Shown here: positions 1-7,586 of the stretch, in pieces | How the letters are laid out: each line of letters starts with the position of its first letter | How positions within the stretch are numbered: the first letter of the stretch is position 1 | Origin: Gemmatimonadales bacterium | GTDB taxonomy: Bacteria > Gemmatimonadota > Gemmatimonadetes > Gemmatimonadales > GWC2-71-9 | Assembly (NCBI GenBank): GCA_039794085.1 | Contig: JBDIWC010000064.1 | Location: 1 to 19,158, forward strand | Length of the DNA: 19,158 bases | Direction of reading: 5' to 3' | Notes under the pieces: generated by a model | Databases searched by the model: none | The model's input: only the letters and a program-made list of their open reading frames with translations | What the model was told of the DNA's origin: nothing | Program-made: the position numbers and the translations under genes

Positions 1-96
1 CACCTGGGTCTGATGGAGTATGCGGAGCTGACCCAGTGGTGGGTCGACCGGCGGAACCAACCCCGGGGTACACGGCCGCCACCTCCACCGGAGTGA
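1..96 (+). CDS. 3' end of stand-alone LuxR-family HTH regulator (copy 1, truncated by window edge)
   Basis: Frame 1 reads HLGLMEYAELTQWWVDRRNQPRGTRPPPPPE*; DNA identical to 4022-4117 and homologous to the C-terminus of 9209-9490. Confidence 0.75.
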   Translation, partial: HLGLMEYAELTQWWVDRRNQPRGTRPPPPPE

Positions 97-127
97 AGTT
101 CGAAGTTGGAAGTTCGAAGTTTGAAGG
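94..127 (+). repeat. heptamer tandem repeat (GAAGTT[C/G/T])n directly after the LuxR stop
   Basis: tgaagttcgaagttggaagttcgaagtttgaagg; same array at 4115-4148 and 9488-9520, further copies at about 397-417 and 9668-9695, inverted copy at about 452-478. Confidence 0.9.
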
Positions 128-600
128 AGAAGCTGGGTCCGCGATCAGGGCATCGTGGGACCCGCTATCCCTCTTCGTCATCTGTGTCATCGGTGGTTGC
201 CACCCCGGAAAGAGGTCACCGCAGAGCACAGAGGCCACCGAGATCCAAAGCTGTCTGGTGGGTGGAAGGGCACCCCTCATGCCAAGTCCCAGGGCCTGAG
301 ATCAGGAACCCGTCGCGGGACCCGTCAACCCTTTGCGTCCTTGTCGCTCTTTGCGTTGAGGCAGTTCCATGAAATGAACATCAAGGCCCGGACGCTTGGA
401 AGTTTGAAGTTCGAAGGGATGACGTTCCGATGGCAGGACAGCCCCCGACTCCTTCACACTTCCAACTTCGAACTTCCATCCTGCCGATGCCCGCCGCCCG
501 AGACTGGGAACGTCTCGTGGGTGCCGCAAACCCTCTGCGTCCTCCGCGCCCTCAGCGGTTACATCCGGGGCGGGGGAGACCACGAAGGAGTCTTCAATTC
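128..600. repeat. composite intergenic repeat mosaic (interrupted inverted-repeat element, nonamer and heptamer arrays)
   Basis: Segments match 5287-5533, 5700-5932 and 9700-10135 (e.g. gaacccgtcgcggga, cctctgcgtcctccgcgccctcagcggttacatccgg, tttgcgttgaggcagttccatgaa). Confidence 0.85.
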
Positions 601-606
601 AACCCA

Positions 607-1104
607 TCATGTGGAACGCTGGTCCACGAGAACCGCCCGCCAGATTCCGTCCTCCCGAACTGCTCTCCATTTCATGGAGGAAAGGAAAAGGCTTTTGGGT
701 TTCAACGCGACAGGTCGCAACAACGACACCGTCATCCACACGGTGTCCCCACGGACAACCGGTTCCGAAAGGAGGAGGAGCGCCGAGCCGCTCTGCAGCC
801 TGCATTCGCCAGCCCGGCTTGGCCTCGCCGGGGCATCAAGACACTCGAGGACGTTTTCGACCCTGGCAGAGTTTCCCCCCGTTCTCTCCTGGAGGAGCTG
901 AAACACTTCCCGCGGGAGCGCTCTTCCCGGACTCTCAAGAGCATTCCAGAATCTCGGCTCGATCCCGATCGGAGATGTATCACGGAGGTCAAGGCGATCG
1001 AGAGCTGCGTCAAGTATCGCCAGTTCTACCGATGGAAGAGCTTGCCCGTGCAGCCACCCACCGGGTAGTGTCACGAAAAGAATCGTTCGAGCGAGCCAGT
1101 TCAT
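607..1104 (-). CDS. hypothetical secreted protein, 165 aa
   Basis: Signal-peptide-like N-terminus (MNWLARTILFVTLPGGWLHG-Q), purine-rich RBS (aaagag), protein-like composition; its 3' end is duplicated in frame at 5534-5639. Confidence 0.7.
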   Translation of the reverse strand: MNWLARTILFVTLPGGWLHGQALPSVELAILDAALDRLDLRDTSPIGIEPRFWNALESPGRALPREVFQLLQERTGGNSARVENVLECLDAPARPSRAGECRLQSGSALLLLSEPVVRGDTVWMTVSLLRPVALKPKSLFLSSMKWRAVREDGIWRAVLVDQRST

Positions 1105-1148
1105 CTCTTTCGCTTCCTTTTCCCCGGCCCGCTATCACGTCACGGCCA

Positions 1149-1535
1149 TCAACCTGTTCCTCCTGCGGGAATCAGGGCACGGGGAGAGCGCGGGACCCCC
1201 TGTACCACATAGTAGTACACCCGTGCCGGTACCGCTGTTCCCGGCGGGAACTCCCCGCTCAGCACTCCCCTCCCCCGCTCGAGGCTCAGGAGCCGCAGGG
1301 CCGGGCGGTCCGCTGCGGTGCCGATCACCCGAAGCCGCCCCGAGTCGTCCCGTTCGATGAGAAGAAGGAGCGTGATGTCCCGGGGGGCCGCACGATAGAG
1401 CGAGTCCTGTTGCACCATCGCCTGGATGCGGAGGACCTCACCGAAGCCGTGGCCCACATGGTCGGCCTGGGCCGTGAGGGAGCCGGAGGCGGCGAGGGAG
1501 AGAAGGAGGGTGACGGGGATGGTCATGATGCGCAT
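1149..1535 (-). CDS. small secreted protein, 128 aa (copy A)
   Basis: ATG at 1535 preceded by GGAGG; signal peptide MRIMTIPVTLLLSLAASGSLTA-Q; 13 mostly conservative substitutions relative to 6065-6454. Confidence 0.8.
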   Translation of the reverse strand: MRIMTIPVTLLLSLAASGSLTAQADHVGHGFGEVLRIQAMVQQDSLYRAAPRDITLLLLIERDDSGRLRVIGTAADRPALRLLSLERGRGVLSGEFPPGTAVPARVYYYVVQGVPRSPRALIPAGGTG

Positions 1536-1639
1536 GAGTGACCTCCATGAGGGGGGGTCGACAACCCACGAGACTAACCGGGATCTCACGGAATCGGAAA
1601 GACACCCGACCGGTCGTTTCCGGCCGCCTGACCCAAAGG

Positions 1640-2629
1640 CTATCCCCCAGCCCCCCCTTCCACAAGATCGGGCAGTGCCTCCCCCTGGACTTCCCCCATC
1701 GTGTTTCCCTTCGGCATCCATCTACTCTTTCCTGCCACAAACCGGATCAGCGAGCGGATCCGGCGTTCCTCGGCGACGTGACGCAACGAGAGTTCGAGCG
1801 CAAACTGCTCAACCCTCCCGAGTTTCCGGAGCGGTCGTTCTCCTTCCGCCACCAGGGCAGCAAGATACGCCCGGGGACCTCCCACGGCCCGAACCGACGC
1901 GCGTGCCGCCTTGCGCTTCTTGTGGCCCCAGTCCAGATCAAGACCGAAGCGATTCAGGCGTCGTAGTATCTTGAGCAGTGCATCCTCCGCCTCGGCGTCA
2001 CTGAGAGTGACGGGGTCGAGCCCGCCGGTGCGAACGCCCACGTTGATCTCGCTCGCGCAGGATCCGAGCATGGGCACGAGAACCGCCTCCTTCCAGGCGC
2101 GTACTCCTCCCGCGCGCCGCCCTCCGAGTCGCAACCCCCTGGTCAGGCGGACCCGATCAACTCCCAGCACCACGAGCAAAGCGACGAACCACGCGGCAAC
2201 GTTCGGACGAGGCGCCCACGACACGGGATAGAGCATCACATAAACCACGAACAACTGGCCGACCAGAAACCAGCCAAACTCTCCGTTCCGCCGCCTCCAG
2301 ATCGGGATCTCGGCGGCTTCGAAAGGATGGGCCGCCCAATCAGCCATGGCATCCTCGACCCGAATCAACAAGCCCCCACCAGAGGACGCGGTCGTCGAGA
2401 ACCCCGGGCCCGACACGGTGTCGTCCGCGGCAGCGACCTGTCGTGCAAGTTCCCCGACCGGGGTGTCAGCCGAGAGCATGGTCCACCTTCCGCACACCTC
2501 GCAGATCCGCCACGCAACGTCGTCCCGCTCGTTGAACGCGATCCACGAGGTGTGCTTTCGGTCCGCCGGACAACCTGCTCTCGATGGGGCGATTGGTTGA
2601 TCTGTTGAATGCTGCGCCTTGATCTCCAA
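1640..2629 (-). CDS. hypothetical membrane protein with N-terminal CxxC motif and two TM helices
   Basis: TTG start at 2629 preceded by GGAGG; motif WRICEVCGRW; hydrophobic pair FGWFLVGQLFVVYVMLYPV / VAAWFVALLVVLGV; a paralog in the same reading sense lies at about 4420-5030. Confidence 0.7.
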   Translation of the reverse strand: MEIKAQHSTDQPIAPSRAGCPADRKHTSWIAFNERDDVAWRICEVCGRWTMLSADTPVGELARQVAAADDTVSGPGFSTTASSGGGLLIRVEDAMADWAAHPFEAAEIPIWRRRNGEFGWFLVGQLFVVYVMLYPVSWAPRPNVAAWFVALLVVLGVDRVRLTRGLRLGGRRAGGVRAWKEAVLVPMLGSCASEINVGVRTGGLDPVTLSDAEAEDALLKILRRLNRFGLDLDWGHKKRKAARASVRAVGGPRAYLAALVAEGERPLRKLGRVEQFALELSLRHVAEERRIRSLIRFVAGKSRWMPKGNTMGEVQGEALPDLVEGGAGG

Positions 2630-2660
2630 TGCAACCTCCGAGAGCGTTCGTCGGGTCGAG

Positions 2661-3551
2661 CTATATTTCCGACAACATGAGGGCAGTCGAAGCCAAAGCC
2701 GCTCCCAGAAGGGCCGCCTCGGGAGTACCACCCCCGGTCAGGAAGCCACCGATGCCTCCCATCACATCGGTTCCGACGACCTTGGCCAACTTGATCAGCC
2801 CCCTGCAGATGATTCCACAGGTGAAATTGTAACCGGCCCGGAATCCACCTTCAACTGGCCCCGGGTCGACGAGGAAAATGCTCGCCCACAAGGGATCGCC
2901 ATTCCCAGCCAGCGCCCCCTGTAACGAGGCATCCCACATGCTGAGTGATTCACTTGCAACAGATGCGGTTGACGCCACGTAGGCGAGATCCACCTCGTCA
3001 GTCAGGACGCTCGCCGCCGCTGCGGCCGTCGACGCGAACATCTGCTGCTTCGTTCCAGTGTCCAATCCCGTGTCCTCGGCGACTTGCAGGATGTCAGACA
3101 CAAACGATTCCGCCTCTTGAGAGGGTTGGCCCACCAGGTTCATGAACCCATGTCCATCCTTGGATTTATCCCTGAAATCCCAGAACCGACCCTTGGTACC
3201 GATCCGTCTGATGACGAGTTCCAATGACTCATGCACCGATTTGACAATATCCGCCCGAGTCCTGGAGGTGAAGTTCGCGTTGGCATAGGAGATCATCATG
3301 CTTCGCATAATCCCGAACTTCCCGGCATCGGTAGGTTCACGGAGGTACACCGGGAGGATGTGACCGAGCATGGCGCGCACGGCGGTGTTGTGGGCAGCAC
3401 CGATTCCTGCCGGGGACAGGGTCCCTACCTGAGCCAACAGTGCCGGATCGCGAAACGGCTCTTCTTCAGAGTCCGGAGTGTCCACCACCCCCGAACATCC
3501 CATCACAGCGAGAAGCATCAGAAGCACGGATGCACGCAACGTCGTTCCCAT
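2661..3551 (-). CDS. predicted lipoprotein, 296 aa, with C-terminal Gly/Ala-rich hydrophobic (glycine-zipper-like) region
   Basis: ATG at 3551 with GGAGG; signal peptide II ending LLAVMG-C; helical body with GIGAAHN motif; C-terminus VVGTDVMGGIGGFLTGGGTPEAALLGAALASTALML. Confidence 0.8.
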   Translation of the reverse strand: MGTTLRASVLLMLLAVMGCSGVVDTPDSEEEPFRDPALLAQVGTLSPAGIGAAHNTAVRAMLGHILPVYLREPTDAGKFGIMRSMMISYANANFTSRTRADIVKSVHESLELVIRRIGTKGRFWDFRDKSKDGHGFMNLVGQPSQEAESFVSDILQVAEDTGLDTGTKQQMFASTAAAAASVLTDEVDLAYVASTASVASESLSMWDASLQGALAGNGDPLWASIFLVDPGPVEGGFRAGYNFTCGIICRGLIKLAKVVGTDVMGGIGGFLTGGGTPEAALLGAALASTALMLSEI

Positions 3552-3638
3552 CGGGGATACCTCCGTAGTGTTGAGAGTCGTGATGACCACCGTCATGGCG
3601 TTACCCCACAGCCCGAATACGCTGTGCTGGTTGGTCCC

Positions 3639-3667
3639 AACGTCGGCCCTTTTGAGTCCTGTCGCAA
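3639..3667 (-). promoter_or_regulatory. putative leftward sigma70-type promoter TTGCGA-N17-GACGTT (weak -10)
   Basis: Positionally matched by TTGCGG-N17-CACCTT at 9020-8992 although the spacers are unrelated. Confidence 0.5.
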
Positions 3668-3712
3668 TACGGAGTTTCCCGCTCCGGGAAAGGACCTACG
3701 GGTTTTCCCCTA
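3668..3712. promoter_or_regulatory. three tandem 16-bp imperfect palindromic boxes, putative LuxR-family operator
   Basis: TACGGAGTTTCCCGCT (3668-3683), inverted TAGGTCCTTTCCCGGA (3698-3683), TACGGGTTTTCCCCTA (3697-3712); conserved at 9021-9065. Confidence 0.6.
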
Positions 3713-3737
3713 CTCCCCCGACCTGGTCCGCCTCCCC

Positions 3738-3766
3738 TTGCGCCCCGAACGCAGAAGTCGTATGCT
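3738..3766 (+). promoter_or_regulatory. putative sigma70 promoter for the LuxR gene, TTGCGC-N17-TATGCT
   Basis: Near-consensus hexamers with 17-bp spacer; equivalent TTGCCT-N17-TATTCT at 9090-9118. Confidence 0.7.
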
Positions 3767-3848
3767 CAGTACAGGGGGTGTGTTAGGACCCGTCGATCTC
3801 CCCCACCGAACAACCACTTTCACCAACCCAACGGGGGGGGGTACTAAC

Positions 3849-4117
3849 GTGAGTAACAAACACCGGCTGTCACCGCGACGTCGGCACGTGCTCTACGGCA
3901 TCGCCGAGGGGTTCACTTTGGAGGAGGTCGGAGTGCACCCAGGACTGTGGAGGGCCACGACCTGTGGCTCCGGACCCACTACGCCGCCCGAAACCTCCCG
4001 CACCTCGTGAACATCGCCAACCACCTGGGTCTGATGGAGTATGCGGAGCTGACCCAGTGGTGGGTCGACCGGCGGAACCAACCCCGGGGTACACGGCCGC
4101 CACCTCCACCGGAGTGA
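3849..4117 (+). pseudogene. LuxR-family HTH regulator (copy 2), frameshifted by a 13-nt deletion
   Basis: 269 nt versus 282 nt for copy 3; VSNKHRLSPRRRHVLYGIAEGFTLEEVGVH, then loss of the LGISH turn, then RTVEGHDLWLRTHYAARNLPHLV in another frame. Confidence 0.85.
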
Positions 4118-4220
4118 AGTTCGAAGTTGGAAGTTCGAAGTTTGAAGGGGAAGCCAGGTCCGCGATCAGGGCATCGTGGGAACCGCTACTCTCGGCGTCA
4201 TCCGTGTCATCTGTCGTTTC

Positions 4221-4420
4221 TGCGGATTTCGGACCGGTTCGGACACTGGTTTCGGTCGAATCCGGACACCCGTTTCGGTTGGGCTCGGACACCGGTTTCG
4301 GGGCCATCCGGACACCCGTGTCGGTCCCATTCGGACGCGAGACCGAGAGGCTGAGGGAGTGGGTGCTGGACAACTGAGGCGGGTACGGCATCACTTCGGG
4401 GACCTTCCCCCAGGAGTTGG
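4221..4420 (+). mobile_element. isolated IS21-family-like terminal remnant (no transposase)
   Basis: Begins TGCGGATTTCGG and carries 23-bp-periodic repeats CGGACACnnGTTTCGG at 4240, 4263, 4286, 4309 and (partial) 4332; homology to positions 1-200 stops exactly at 4220. Right boundary approximate. Confidence 0.6.
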
Positions 4421-5030
4421 GATCTCGCCCCCCTGTTCGCACGCCCACGGTGATCTCGTGACCACATGGGCCAAGCATGGGGACAAGTACAGCGTCCTTG
4501 ATCGCCCTCCTCCCCCGTACGACCCGCCCGGCAAGCCGCAACCCGGCGGTCAGGTGGACGCGCTCGATCCCGAGAATCACAACGAGGGCACCCAGCCAGG
4601 CCGAAAGATTCGGAAGGGGATCCCACAGTTCACGCCGCCAGAGCAGGGCCGCAGCGATCACCACACTCTTGGCCGGGATCCAACCGAGACTCGACATTCC
4701 GGCGATTCCAGATCGGCTTTTCCGCCTTCTCGAGAGGGTGACCTGCCCAGTCGGCCATGGCGTCCTCCATCCGGATCACCACGCCACCACCTGGGGTCGC
4801 GGCCGTCGAGAACCCCTGACCCGACACGATGTCATCCGCCGCGGCACATCCTTGCGCCTGTTCCTCCACCGTGAGGTCATCCGAGAGAGGGGTCCACCTC
4901 CCGCACACCTCACAGATTCGCCAGACGCGCCCATCCCTCTCGTTGCACGCGATCCACGACCCGCCCGCCCCCGGCCGAGGGGCACAGTGGCCTTCACTCC
5001 TCAAAGCGACTGCGTCTTCCACTTCGTGAC
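4420..5030 (-). pseudogene. frameshifted, 3'-truncated paralog of the CxxC membrane protein (1640-2629)
   Basis: SWIACNERDGRVWRICEVCGRW...EDAMADWAGHP in one frame, +1 shift near 4690, then LGWIPAKSVV...AVLVPMLGPCGHEITVGVRTGGRDP, where homology ends. Confidence 0.8.
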
Positions 5031-5137
5031 AACCCCTTCCATTGTCCCGTGGTCTCAGTCCTCCATGCATGATCTCGCTTCCCCAACACGTGGGGATCCT
5101 TTCCAGGTAACCCATCGGAAGGCGTGCTGTGCCGAAG

Positions 5138-5193
5138 ACGAGAGAGAAGGAGGGTGGCAGGAGTGGCCATGACGCGCATCGGCGATCTCCATG
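5138..5193 (-). pseudogene. remnant (RBS plus signal-peptide start) of a third copy of the small secreted protein
   Basis: ATG at 5179 gives MRVMATPATLLLS versus MRIMTIPVTLLLS / MRVLAIPVTLLLS; upstream catggag RBS shared; homology lost after about 13 codons. Confidence 0.6.
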
Positions 5194-5286
5194 ACACAAA
5201 TGTTTCCAGCCTTTGGATACTACGCGATGTCAGGCAATGCAAGACCAGGAGAGAAGCGGTCCCTTCCGGCGGTCCTCGGGAACCAT

Positions 5287-5533
5287 CCGCTACCCCTCTG
5301 CGTCACCTGTGTCATCGGTGGCTTCAACCCTTGGAGCAGGGGCACCGCGGGGAGCACGGGGGTCGCCGAGATCCGGATTTGGTTTTGGGGGGTGGCGGGG
5401 CCCCATCTATGCCGAAGCCATAGGACGGGAAATCGGGAACCCGTCGCGGGAGCCGTCAACCCTCTGCGTCCTCCGTGCCCTCAGCGGTTACATCCGGGGA
5501 GAGGGGGAGACCACGAAGGAGTTTTTCAACCCA
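5287..5533. repeat. composite repeat containing an inverted-repeat element (5343-5489)
   Basis: Collinear with 9703-9915; 5455-5533 matches about 525-606. Confidence 0.85.
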
Positions 5534-5639
5534 TCATGTGGAACGCTGGTCCACGAGAACCGCCCGCCAGATTCCGTCCTCCCGAACTGCTCTCCATTTC
5601 ATGGAATGGAGGAAGGTGGTTCTGGGTTTCAACGCGACA
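5534..5639 (-). pseudogene. 3' fragment of a second copy of the 165-aa secreted protein
   Basis: Encodes VALKPRTTFLHSMKWRAVREDGIWRAVLVDQRST* versus VALKPKSLFLSSMKWRAVREDGIWRAVLVDQRST*; the 5' part is replaced by repeat DNA from about 5640. Confidence 0.8.
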
Positions 5640-5742
5640 CATCACAGTCCGGACGACGGGAAGCACACCCGCGAGTCTCAGATCCCTCGCTTCGCCGCCC
5701 TGCCCCTCTGCGTCATCAATGGTGTCCACAGTTGGTAGAGGG

Positions 5743-5932
5743 CACCGCAGAGAACGCGGAGGACGCAGAGGGTCTCCGATTGATTGCCATGGCTCCACGC
5801 CTCGCGCGCCGAGATCCAGATTTATTCTTGGGGGGTGGACGGGGGGCCCACCCTGCCGATGCCCGCCGTCCGAGACTGGGAACCTGTCGTGGACACCGTA
5901 AACCCTCTGCGTCTTCCGCGCCCTCTGCGGTG
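5743..5932. repeat. 190-bp element with 31-bp terminal inverted repeats (MITE-like)
   Basis: caccgcagagaacgcggaggacgcagagggt (5743-5773) versus the reverse complement of 5902-5932: 28/31 match. Confidence 0.85.
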
Positions 5933-5995
5933 ATCTCTTGCTTTTGGCGAACCGGTGCTCATCCAGGTGCACGGGAGTACACTCGGGAACCGTTC

Positions 5996-6028
5996 GTGTA
6001 CGAGTACGAGTACGGGTACGAGTACGGG
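5996..6028 (+). repeat. hexamer tandem repeat (TACG[A/G]G)n
   Basis: gtgtacgagtacgagtacgggtacgagtacggg, five units. Confidence 0.9.
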
Positions 6029-6064
6029 GAGGGAAAGGATCCGTCAGGCCGGATCCCGACGGGG

Positions 6065-6454
6065 TCAGCCTCCCGCTCCCTCGGCGGGGATGAAGGCGCG
6101 GGGGGAGCGCGAGACCCCCTGTACCACATAGTAGTACACCCGTGCCGGTACCGCTGTTCCCGGCGGGAACTCCCCGCTCAGCACTCCCCTCCCCCGCTCG
6201 AGGCTCAGGAGCCGCAGGGCGGGACGGTCCGCCGCGGTGCCGATCACCCGAAGCCGCCCGGTGTCGTCCCGCTCGATCAGAAGAAGGAGCGTGGTGTCCC
6301 GGGGGGCCGCACGGAAGAGCGAGTCCTGATGCACCATCGCCTGGATGCGGAGGACCTCACCGAAGCCGTGACCCACATGGTCGGCCTGGGCCGCGAGAGT
6401 ACCGGAGGCGGCGAGGGAGAGAAGGAGGGTGACGGGGATGGCCAAGACGCGCAT
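6065..6454 (-). CDS. small secreted protein, 129 aa (copy B)
   Basis: Signal peptide MRVLAIPVTLLLSLAASGTLAA-Q; about 90% identical to 1149-1535; GGATCCG-N6-CGGATCC hairpin just downstream (about 6037-6056). Confidence 0.8.
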   Translation of the reverse strand: MRVLAIPVTLLLSLAASGTLAAQADHVGHGFGEVLRIQAMVHQDSLFRAAPRDTTLLLLIERDDTGRLRVIGTAADRPALRLLSLERGRGVLSGEFPPGTAVPARVYYYVVQGVSRSPRAFIPAEGAGG

Positions 6455-6675
6455 GATTGACTTCCACGAGAGGGGTATCAGAATCCTCTGATCCAGCTCG
6501 GTTCATCTGCCGTCCGAGAGCCGTCGGCCGGAGGGACTAATCGAGCATACTGGGATATGTTCCCCCGAATAGTCCCGCAGCCGCCGGACATGCCTGCCCC
6601 GCCCCACCAGTGGCGCGTGCCGAAAGAGCTTCCACGATGTGGCGAGGCCGTCGTCACGCTACCTTCAGCGAACAC

Positions 6676-7524
6676 CTACCTGTATTCCGTCCAGCAGTAA
6701 TGAGTGACGACGTATGCCAAGCTTCCATCTTCATAGAAGTAGTATGTGCGATAACATAGTTCAAAAGCGGTTCCGTCTTCCGAGGTATCCGCTTGTCCTC
6801 CTCCTCCTACGGTTCCGCCACCATCCCCGGGGCATGCGGGAGTGTCCTGCGCCTGCGCAGTCGAAGTCGTGTGAACGGTACCCCAGGTGATCAGTACCGG
6901 AAATCGGATCTGTCTCCATGCGGAGTGTGTGCTGGAACCGGTCAAATGCAAGCCACACGTCTCGCCTTCAACATTGATCGGCAGAGTCGTTACTAAGAAG
7001 TAGGCACCGTCTGTTGATAGCTCCTGCTCACCAAGACCTTCATGGGGCAGGTTATACGTCCCTACTGGGCTGCCACCGCTAGTTACGGTGACATTCAGCG
7101 TATTCCTCGCTTGGTCCCCCTGGTAGCGTACAATCGACTCGGCCGTGAGGCTGGACGGAAAGAGGTCGGTCCACTTTCCGGTGATGACAGCTGGAGCGTC
7201 ATCTCCGGTAGCCTCGGTGTTGAAGCTCGGGGCGAACTGGGCCCTCCCGAATCCGTTCCTTCGTGCTATGAGGTTGCGAAACCCCTCTTCACCAGATGGG
7301 AGCCGGGAAAGACTCAGGCGTCGTGATGGCATAGAGCGTCCGTCCTTGCCTCGGATGGCAACGACTTCCTCCGCGTTGACACTCCTGAGCCCCACACCAT
7401 CTTCTGTTGAGCGCTCAACCGTCACACCGGGTTGAGGGCTACCGTCTGGGTCGGTTACCCCGGCGGCTCCGCATCCAGCTAACCCTAGACACAATGCCCA
7501 GATCCCCAAGGGACTGCGGAACAT
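6676..7524 (-). CDS. predicted lipoprotein, 282 aa, with beta-rich domain, Gly linker and Cys/Tyr-rich C-terminal tail
   Basis: ATG at 7524 with GGAGG; lipobox LAG-C; C-terminus CPGDGGGTVGGGG...ELCYRTYYFYEDGSLAYVVTHYCWTEYR. Confidence 0.85.
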   Translation of the reverse strand: MFRSPLGIWALCLGLAGCGAAGVTDPDGSPQPGVTVERSTEDGVGLRSVNAEEVVAIRGKDGRSMPSRRLSLSRLPSGEEGFRNLIARRNGFGRAQFAPSFNTEATGDDAPAVITGKWTDLFPSSLTAESIVRYQGDQARNTLNVTVTSGGSPVGTYNLPHEGLGEQELSTDGAYFLVTTLPINVEGETCGLHLTGSSTHSAWRQIRFPVLITWGTVHTTSTAQAQDTPACPGDGGGTVGGGGQADTSEDGTAFELCYRTYYFYEDGSLAYVVTHYCWTEYR

Positions 7525-7586
7525 ATTTGTACCTCCTGTGCGAGGACTCATGAGGGTGCGACGTCACATGTCCTGCATAATCTCGT

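Noticed and set aside
4217..4345. CRISPR-like repeat/spacer array
   Set aside because: 16-bp repeats with 7-nt spacers are far too short, and no cas genes are present; an IS end fits better.
5534..5639. DGR template repeat for the 165-aa gene
   Set aside because: Differences are not confined to adenines and no reverse transcriptase is in the window.
5213..6460. 415-aa + strand ORF (and 155-901, 609-1541, 9734-10693)
   Set aside because: They run through repeat DNA and antisense to better-supported genes; low-complexity Arg/Pro/Gly content typical of GC-rich shadow ORFs.
6478..6675. 65-aa ORF abutting the lipoprotein stop
   Set aside because: No clear RBS, motif or paralog; cannot be supported, though not excluded.
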